Assembly: GCF_006345805.1 (NCBI RefSeq)
Contig: NC_043005.1
Coordinates: 74,338,001-74,402,000, forward strand
DNA from: Octopus sinensis
Taxonomy: Eukaryota
Direction of reading: 5' to 3'
DNA length: 64,000 nt
Shown here: positions 55,230-64,000 of the stretch, in pieces
Numbering within the stretch: position 1 is the first letter of the stretch
Layout of the letters: every line of letters begins with the position of its first letter
The notes under the pieces: generated by a model
Database searches by the model: none
The model's input: only the letters and a program-made list of their open reading frames with translations
Told to the model about the DNA's origin: nothing
Translations under genes and position numbers: made by a program

Positions 55230-55545
55230 ACCATTTTTGTCAATCACCCATTTTTTTAAAAATTCACTGAGATGGAAAAAGTCCATGAGGGCTTGACCAA
55301 AGAGAAAGTTGTCTTTCCTAAATCTGTTCAACACCGTCCATCACACAACCTCTTTCTCCATAGCTACTCGATAAAGGAATACCGCCTGTCCCGCCTTGTT
55401 AAAGATGGATGGTGAGGTGATCCTCGCGATGGATTCAGCTGACAATCGGATTTGTCCCACACGCAATAAAAACTGTTCGACATAACTCCAGAAGCCAGCA
55501 ATACTCAGACACTGCACGAGAGCGTGCGGTACGCATTTATCGCTC
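55230..55545 (-). pseudogene. Tx1/L1-like LINE ORF2 C-terminal fragment (copy 2)
   Basis: HALVQC..FWSYVEQFLLRVGQIRLSAESI..AVFLYRVAMEKEVV..DNFLFGQALMDFF. Confidence 0.55.
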
Positions 55546-55569
55546 TTCATACTATGCCTGAAATTTTAG

Positions 55570-56150
55570 ATGGAGCGTTTAGTCGATGCGCAGCTGGTAT
55601 TATTTTATCGATCCTAAGGCGGCGAGCTGGCAGAAACGTTAGCACGCCGGGCGAAATGCTTAGCAGTATTTCGTCTGCCGCTACGTTCTGAGTTCAAATT
55701 CCGTCGAGGTCGACTTTGCCTTTCATCCTTTCGGGGTCGATTAAATAAATACCAGTTACGCACTGGAGTCGATATAATCGACTTAATCCGTTTGTCTGTC
55801 CTTGTTTGTCCTCTCCGTGTTTAGCCCCTTGTGGGTAGCAAAGAAATAGGTATTTCGTTCGTTCATACATTCTGAGTTCAAATTCCACCGAGATCGACTT
55901 TGCCTTCCATCCTTTCGGGGTTGATGAAATAAGTACCAGTTACGCTCTGGGGTTGATGTAATCGACTAGCCCCTCCCACAAAATTTCAAGCCTTGTGTTT
56001 ATTGTAGAAATGATTATTTTTATCGATACTGAATAGATAGCGCAAAGTTAACTTCGGCGGCATTTGAACTCAGGACATAAAAAGCAAAGAGAAAAGTCTC
56101 TAAGCATCTCGTCCAATGCACCAACGGTTCTGTCGGTTCACTGTCTTACT
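55570..56150. mobile_element. SINE B dimer (+, ~55617-56012) inserted in an older inverted SINE B
   Basis: Flanking duplication attatt(t)ttatcgat at 55599-55612 and 56013-56027. Confidence 0.75.
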
Positions 56151-56630
56151 TCCTCTCATCGTAGCAGACGATACATTTAATTACACAATCGATTATATTT
56201 ATCATAATGCATTTTTCAATCACCTCATTTGCAATTCATTTGTTTTCTATTAATTTCCTTAAATCAACAAAATATAAACACTAATCTCATATTTGTTTTC
56301 TATTTTTCTGTTTCTATCATGTTGATTTCCTTTTCAAGTGTTGCTACTAATGCATATTCACTCCAAATACATGGATAAGAAATTATTGGCGCCGCATTCA
56401 TTGAGAATTAAGTCGTATATGTTTCGTTTTAACATAATCATTATTTGTTTAATCATAATATAAGCATTTTAAATGTATATTTATATAAACATTACAAATC
56501 AGACGCATTAGCATCCGGAGGAAGGTAGATAATTATTACATTGTTACTCCATTTGAAACCTGTCTCTTAAACACATATACACACATATGCCAGCATAAGT
56601 ACATACATGCTTTCATCTGTCTATCTATCA

Positions 56631-56695
<65 letters not shown>

Positions 56696-56778
56696 CATCT
56701 ATATATATATATCTATATATATATATATTATGTATGTGTGTGGTATATGTGTTGTGTGTGTGGTTGTGTGTGTGTGTG

Positions 56779-57085
56779 TGGAGGCGCAATGGCCCAGTGG
56801 TTAGGGCAGCGGACTCGCGGTCATAGGATCACGGTTTCGATTCCTAGACTAGGCATTGTGAGTGTTTATTGAGCGAAAACACCTAAAGCTCCACGAGGCT
56901 CCGGCAGGGGGTGGTGGCAATCCCTGCTGTACTCTTTCGCCGCAATTTTCTCTCACTCTTTCTTCTGTTGGCCTGCTCGCTTAGCCAGCGGGGTGGCCTC
57001 ATTTAAAGGCTAAAACAATGCGAAACGCATTGTGACCAGCGATGTGTAGCAACATCTGATAGCCTGGTAGGTCACGGTGATCACG

Positions 57086-57090
<5 letters not shown>
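56779..57090 (+). mobile_element. SINE family C, tail type 1
   Basis: Matches 19987-20297. Ends in tandem gatcacggt-type repeats. Confidence 0.9.
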
Positions 57091-57127
<37 letters not shown>

Positions 57128-57220
57128 AAATAAATATTGCACATAAATATACATGTAATATGTGTATATATATATATATATATATAAAATAAATATTGCA
57201 TATAAATATACATGTATATA

Positions 57221-57263
<43 letters not shown>

Positions 57264-57365
57264 CACACATACAAAGAGGTAATACACACACACATATATA
57301 TATATATAAGCATATATATACATATATATGGAAATGTATTTATGTGTCTGTATATATATGTATGG

Positions 57366-57419
<54 letters not shown>

Positions 57420-57707
57420 ATATATGGATTGTAAGTATGTGTGTATCTACGTATGTATTACAAAATTCAATTCTTGATTAAGAATTGAGATCAAAAGTTA
57501 ATTCCCATTCATGAGTTGTGTAACATATTTAATGGAATATTTTCTTAAATAATGTAATCACTCAGACATGCTCGCTAATCATATAGCAAAGCTGTTTTCA
57601 GAAAACGAAATTCTATGCGCGCACGAACATTATACATGAACATGCATATATATATATATATGCATGCAACCTTCTTTCTGTCTGTCTCTCTTTATCCCAC
57701 TTGTCTC

Positions 57708-57739
<32 letters not shown>

Positions 57740-57784
57740 GTCTCTGCCTTTCTAAGTCAATGTACGTAAGTATGCATGTGTGTT

Positions 57785-57833
<49 letters not shown>

Positions 57834-57889
57834 TATATATATATATATAATATATATATATTTATATATATATATAATAATGTGCGTAT

Positions 57890-58100
57890 TCATTCTTGAT
57901 ACGTTTCGGCATATTTGTACGTGAACATATTGCATTCCGCCTTCGGAGTAGACCCCCTTTATTGATGTAGGAGTCTTTGCAACACTTGTGTTTCCATCTG
58001 GTTTTGTCTTCTTTATAAAATTCAGCAAATTCTATCTTAGTTCTGCATATATCTATAAATGCAATACTTGGGTTTTGCAGCAGGGACTCTAATCCAGGCA
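57890..58100 (-). pseudogene. Possible Penelope-like 3' end fragment
   Basis: ICRTKIE/LNFIKKTKPDGN resembles the PLE terminal R..E..FIK..KP.LN motif. It is followed by a decayed CCGAAGG..GCCGAAACGUA motif. Confidence 0.3.
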
Positions 58101-58449
58101 ACTCTATCTAAGTGAATCAAATTTATTTCCGTGTCTAAGTGGAAATAGGGATGGCTTTGACTGAAAAATAGAGTATTCGTGAACCGAATACTCTAAGCAC
58201 TAAGCCACGCGCCTTCACTAATGACGCTAATATCTTAAAGTATAGACTTCGCAAATTCTTCTTTACTTTTCTCGATCAATTTGGAAATTTGCATCTTCAC
58301 ATTAAACTATTATTTTTCCCGATAGCAGACACGGCATCTTAAGATAGTTAAAGGTAAAGAATATCAGAGTATGTGATTTTTGCTATTTATATAAAGTGAG
58401 TACTAAGCTAGTTAATGTAGTGAGCTTAGAAATTTTAATTAATTTCAGT

Positions 58450-58792
58450 TAGGCGTGGCATCTTGTGCAAGTGTTTTCGACTATAGCCTCGGGCCGACCA
58501 AAGCCTTCTGATTGGATTTGGTAGACGAAAACTGAAAGAAGCCTGTCGTGTATATATATATATTTTGTGTGTGTGTGTTGTGTGTGTGTGTGTGTATGTA
58601 TTTATGTGTATGTGTGTCTGTGTTCGTCCCCCCGCCATCTCTTCACAACCAATGCAAGTGTGTCTGTGTCCCCATAACTCAGCGGTTTATCAAATGAAAC
58701 CGACGGAATAAATTCTAGACTTACAAAGAATAAGTCTTGGGGGTGATTTCTGCAACTGAAACCATTTAATGACTGAAACAAGTAAAAAAAAA
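58450..58792 (+). mobile_element. SINE family A, head deleted, degenerate
   Basis: tatagcctcgggccgaccaaagcc..microsatellite..gactgaaacaagtaaaa. Confidence 0.8.
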
Positions 58793-58881
58793 ACATAAAA
58801 AAATAGAAGAATATCCGTAGTGAGAAAACAAAATCACATGCAGCGACGAACTAGGTCTGACCTTTTGTAGTACGATGATAA

Positions 58882-58922
58882 CTCTGAACATGTTTCTGCC
58901 ATATTATAACTCATCAGAGAAG
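58882..58922 (-). ncRNA. Possible degenerate hammerhead motif
   Basis: Minus strand: UUCU CUGAUGA GUUAU-aau-AUGGC a GAA ACAUGU UC AGAG. Palindromic stem III (ACAUGU), but two 1-nt insertions are needed to fit the consensus. Confidence 0.35.
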
Positions 58923-59249
58923 CAAGGTCTAAGCATTTCTGCTAAGCCTTAGATAAATAGAGAACTATATAGGAATTTTCGTCACGCTTGGCTTTCATCG
59001 TTCTGGCATGGATTAAATAAATGTCAACAAAACAGATAGAACAATCCAATCGAAAATATCTCCACTCCTACATGAAAAAAAGTTATCAAAAGACGTCATG
59101 ATTTTTTTTATCAAGGTTCATAATCTTTTTGTCACTGGGTTGCTGCTGTTAATAATCACTATGACGCTGTATTATTTGTTATGCTACTTGAACGTTTCAA
59201 ATAATTACTTGTAGAAAGCATTGAATTCTTGTTCCATGGTTATGAAATA

Positions 59250-59306
<57 letters not shown>

Positions 59307-59957
59307 ACTAGGTTTCCTTTTAAGTTAATGGAAAACTTTATTGATAGTAAAAGACTCGTGGGTGTTACTTGTAAAACCAAGCGTCAACACGTTTGCTTCT
59401 TATCTTTTCTTCCTGTGTGTCCGTATATCTGTCCATCATTCAGTTTCTTTTACATTTAGTTTTCCTCGTCTACTTTTGAAACTATTACAGCTCAATGGCG
59501 GTTTTTCACTTTGATGATGGAGGCGACCTTTAAAAAGAGATGAATTTGTATATTCCATAAACTATCAGCCATGCAAAGAAAGAAGTCGCGATTTCTTCTA
59601 CCTTGTTTCATTCTCTTTCTTTGACAAGTATTGCTACTTGATGCACACCTTAAAATATCGCAACCTTTTGACAAGAATGCTAACCTATCAAAGCAAAATA
59701 TGAATCGAGATGTCAAAATCAAAGTGAATGATAAGCGCTGTGGTTGCAAACACACACACGAACACACGAACTGATGTAGACGCATACATACAAAACTAAA
59801 TATGCAAAAACACAGACAAAACACATGAATATTAACAACGGTGTACAGAAACCTGTAAATATTTAGCAGTTCGGCTGTTTCTCTTATTGTTGAGGATAAG
59901 TGAAAAATGCGGTGATTAACATAGGCTGCCATTAATCTCTAAGGACGCGCACGCACG

Positions 59958-59997
<40 letters not shown>

Positions 59998-60125
59998 TAG
60001 ACAGATAGATTGATAAGTAAGCAGATAGATAGGTGCATAGATTCATAGGTATATATACAAAGTACATACACACACACACACACACACACACATATATGTA
60101 TACATTACATACATATATATATGTT

Positions 60126-60334
60126 TATTTATTACCCACAAGAGGCTAAACATAGAGGGGACAAACAAGGACAGACAAACGGATTAAATCGATTACATCG
60201 ACCCCAGTGCGTAACTGGTACTTAATTTATCGACCCCGACCTCGGCGGAATTTGAACTCAGAACGTAGCGACGGGCGAAATACCGCGAAGCACTTCGCCT
60301 GGCGTGCTTAACGTCTCTGCCAGCTCGCCGCCTT
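60126..60334 (-). mobile_element. SINE family B with internal deletion
   Basis: About 21 nt are lost between cga microhomologies in the core. Confidence 0.85.
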
Positions 60335-60953
60335 AACATACAGATATATGCACATACATATGAAAACATCATGGCAAACACCATTTTGAAATCATAATGA
60401 AAACTAGTATCCAACTCTCTTTCGTACACCACTCTGTCTCCTGTCCGCTCCATTTGATTCGGGGTAATTTTTTTTATACATTTTAACGTAATAAAAAACA
60501 TAAGACAACAAATACTGTATATACTACCATTTACATATTAGGAAAAAAAAAACCGTGTGTGGACAGTTAAATTGCTGACATTTTTCTATGAGGCAGTCTA
60601 TGGATACAAGGATTTCTGTAGAAACAGGCTCTCTAATTAAATTTTAGAGTCGGGGAAATGGGAACCCAGTATGACCTTTTGAAGCTGCGAGTGTGCTTTA
60701 GCAGGGCGCGACATCCTTTGACTAGACTTTATCCCTGGAAGTCGCAAAAGCGGGTAATAACACAGTTTATGGGTGAAAATATTGCTGTTTGTGCCAATTA
60801 GTGAGCATTAAATACAAAAAAATATATAATCGCGAGTTTTTGAATCGTCCAATGATATAATATGACAGAAAATGTAACTGCTAACGCTAACTCGCGGAGT
60901 TAAAGGATTAATGAAATTGATTTGCTCATTTCCCCACTTTCAACTGATGTTTA

Positions 60954-60986
<33 letters not shown>

Positions 60987-61010
60987 TAATATATATGTGT
61001 TAATATATCT

Positions 61011-61450
61011 CTTTACTCTTTACTCTTTTACTTGTTTCAGTCATTTTACTGCGGCCATGCTGGAGCACCGCCTTTAGTCGAGCAAATCAACCCCGGGACT
61101 ATTCTTGTAAGCCCAGTACTTATTCTATCGGTCTCTTTTGCCGAACCGCTAAGTGACGGGGACCGTAAACACACCAGCATCGGTTGTCAAGCAATGCTAG
61201 GGGGACAAGCAAGACACACAATACACACATACATATATATATATATATAATATATATATATATATATAGATATATATATACATATATACGACAGGCTTCT
61301 TTCAGTTTCCGTCAACCAAATCCACTCACAAGGCATTGGTCGGCCCGGGGCTATAGCAGAAGACACTTGCTCAAGGTGCCACGCAGTGGGACTGAACCCG
61401 GAACCATGTGGTGGTTAGCAAGCTTCTTACCACAGCCACTTCTGCGCCTA
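61011..61450 (-). mobile_element. SINE family A, full length
   Basis: Consensus match. Confidence 0.9.
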
Positions 61451-61550
61451 TATATCTATAATAATATTTATATATTAATATTTATGTTAATATTATAATA
61501 TAATTAATATTAATATATTTGTTATATTATCTAAATATATTTATATAATA

Positions 61551-61601
<51 letters not shown>

Positions 61602-61736
61602 AGAAATAATTAAGATTTAAATGAGGTACCGAGGTATTTAGTTGATGCGCCAAGCCAGTCCGGTATTATCCGCAAGGAGGCTCAAAGTAAGGTGTAAGAC
61701 AAAAGCAAATAAGTAACAGAGGTGTCGCAGTATTAA

Positions 61737-61823
61737 TGCAATACGGCCGTTTCAGGTGGCTCCATTTAATCGAACAATGCAAGTAATTAATCAGTTTGAA
61801 ATACATCACCATCTTCAGTTGCA
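61737..61823 (-). ncRNA. Type I hammerhead ribozyme-like fold
   Basis: Minus strand: UGCAA CUGAAGA U-GGUG..48 nt..CACC-U GAA ACGGCCGU A UUGCA. Perfect 5-bp stem I, perfect palindromic stem III and GUA triplet. Preceded upstream by sequence reading FKPKLN, resembling a PLE C-terminus. Confidence 0.7.
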
Positions 61824-61937
61824 AAATACAAATTTTCAACAGTCAGGATATTTAATTTTGGTTTAAAATTATAATCGATAATACCTTGACATCCTTGTTA
61901 CTTATTTAATCTCCCCTCCTCTCTGTCTCTCTCTGTC

Positions 61938-61990
<53 letters not shown>

Positions 61991-62261
61991 TAATGGATCC
62001 AAAAGAATCTCCGCGAATTCAACGAGACTTTATGTTTTCCAAAATGGAGACGAACACCTTTCCTCCATGCGTTCGACTTGAAAAATTATTAAGATACTAG
62101 GATAGTTTCCTACTTTTCTTAACATGAAATCAATGGTAGCCTTAATTCACAAATAAAGAAATTTCATCCACCAAACCAGTGTTGAGCACTCACTTTCATC
62201 GTTCGACATTCACACACATACACACACACACACATACATTAACATATATATAGATATATAA

Positions 62262-62445
62262 TCGCTTGACAACCAGTGTTCCCGTTATCTAGCAGTTCGG
62301 CCAAAGAGGCCGATAAGTACAAGGCTTAAAAAAACAGTATCAGTACTGGAGTCAACACGTTCGACTAAAAATACTTCAAAGCGGTGACTCCCGCATTGCC
62401 GCAGTCCAGTGACTGAAACCAGTAAAAGATAAAAAAAATAAAAGA
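62262..62445 (+). mobile_element. SINE family A, 3' half
   Basis: atcgcttgacaacc..ttcggccaaagaggccgataagtac..gactgaaacc. Confidence 0.7.
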
Positions 62446-62449
62446 TATG

Positions 62450-63351
62450 TACAAGGGCTGTTCATTAAAAATTTCCCCTGACTCACTTCTCAAGGATTGA
62501 AATAAGCGAAACTTGGCATACTTATTAGTCCTTCTCTACACAGCCATTATGATTAGTGTCATACTTCTCCTGTCACTTAATGCAGCTGTGAAGACTTCGT
62601 CGGTAGATGTCAGTAGGTTGCATCCGGAGCCAAGACTTTACCTCGGAAATAAGGTCATTAATTGAAAAGTGCTTCCTTTTCAAAAAAGACTTCATGGTTA
62701 GAAAGAGGTGAAAAATGGTGCGAGGTTGGAAGAGTAAAGGGGATGAGGAAGGATTTCATAACCACAAGAGTGTGCTTTCCTCTGGGAGACATGCGCATTG
62801 TGAACTGGGACGTTGTCTTAGAGGAGACGGACTCCTTTGGTCAGTATGCCACGCCTCTGTGCTTTGATGGTGTCCCGTAATTTCTGCAGTAGAGAAGCAT
62901 AATATGCCCCGTTAACTCAGGTGCCCTTTACCAGAAAATCCATCATCACTACTCCGCGCTGGTCCCAAAAGTCTGTGAGCATCACCTTGCCTGCTGAGCG
63001 TTGGACACGAGGCTTCTTTGGAGGTGATGAGTTATCATACTTACATTGCCTGGGAGCAATTGACTTGTTGCTGCTTCTGACAAGGTGTACGTATCCCTGG
63101 AATCCATTGTGCAGACAACTTCCATATTCTTTTATTCTTTTATTTGTTTCAGTCAATTGACTGCGGCTATGCTGGAGCACCGCCTTTAGTCAAGCAAATC
63201 GACCCCAGGACTTATTGTTTGTAAGCCTAGTACTTATTCTATCGGTCTATCTTGCCGGACCACTAAGTTACGGGGACGTAAACACACCAGCATCGGTTGT
63301 CAAGCGATGTTGGTGGGGACAAACACAAACACACAAACACACACACACACA

Positions 63352-63395
<44 letters not shown>

Positions 63396-64000
63396 TATAT
63401 ACAACGGGCTTCTTTCAGTTTCCGTCTACCAAATCCACTCACAAGGCTTTGGTCGGCCGAAGCTATAGTAGAAGACACTTTCCCAAAGTGCCACGCACTG
63501 GGACTGAACCCGGAACCATGTGGTTCGTAAACAAACTACTTACCACACAGCCACTGTGCAAATGATCGTGAATGATTTTTTCCACGGATCCTAAACTTAT
63601 TTTCACTTCTTGGACTAGTTACCGAATAATTATGCGGTGATCCTCCAAAATGGCGGCTTCCAATTTATGGACGGTGTTATCATCAATGTGGTCGTCTATG
63701 AATAGGAGCAGTTTCCACCTATGTTCAACCGTATTTGAACTGGTGATATCAGTGCTAGCTACGTCGTATGATGGTGCATCGTCGCCATAATTTTCTTTCG
63801 TCTCATCGAATGTCTCTTTTGGTGTACGACCTTTCAAGTATAAGAACATGATCACTGATCTACATTCAACTGCCTCCATTATAACACTTTTGTCCGCTTC
63901 AGCAACCGTAAATAACAAACGAATACTAGCGGAAAGCTGCAATTTACGATGTGACATGTAGAGACTTGTATGATTATACCTGCACAAGTTCCGTTTCTTG
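62450..64000 (-). mobile_element. Degenerate mariner element interrupted by a family-A SINE; runs off the window
   Basis: MEAVECRSVIMFLYLKGRTPKETF, KIIHDHLH|KLSAQWIP, RVQRSAGKVMLTDFWDQRGVVMMDFL and YEILPHPLYSSNLAP. TIR-like end tacaagggctgttc at 62450. Confidence 0.85.
63128..63555 (-). mobile_element. SINE family A inserted in a mariner transposase
   Basis: It separates HDHLH from the KLSAQWIP motif. Confidence 0.88.

Overview
This is AT-rich, microsatellite-dense animal genomic DNA. It is most likely Octopus, inferred from the repeat landscape and tRNA-derived SINE types rather than from a database search. There is a 100-N gap at 42130-42229. Nearly all ORFs in the supplied track are microsatellite translations or transposon debris. 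I can support one host coding exon (51087-51244, +), which the ORF track misses. It encodes an LDL-receptor class A module resembling jelly belly/HEN-1, so most of the window is probably intron or flank. The rest is three abundant tRNA-derived SINE families (here A, B, C), one CORE-like SINE, mariner fossils, R4/Dong-type, Tx1/L1-like and CR1-like LINE fragments, Penelope-like (GIY-YIG) remnants, and several foldback/MITE elements, one carrying TTAGGG repeats. The main unexplained signal is a set of Type I hammerhead-ribozyme folds from several unrelated families (6225-6269 -, 6898-6986 +, 26671-26711 +, 33359-33448 -, 58882-58922 -, 61737-61823 -, plus half-motifs at 3884-3960 and 32973-33010). 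Three of these loci lie inside inverted-repeat structures. All folds were assigned by eye and none was tested computationally.
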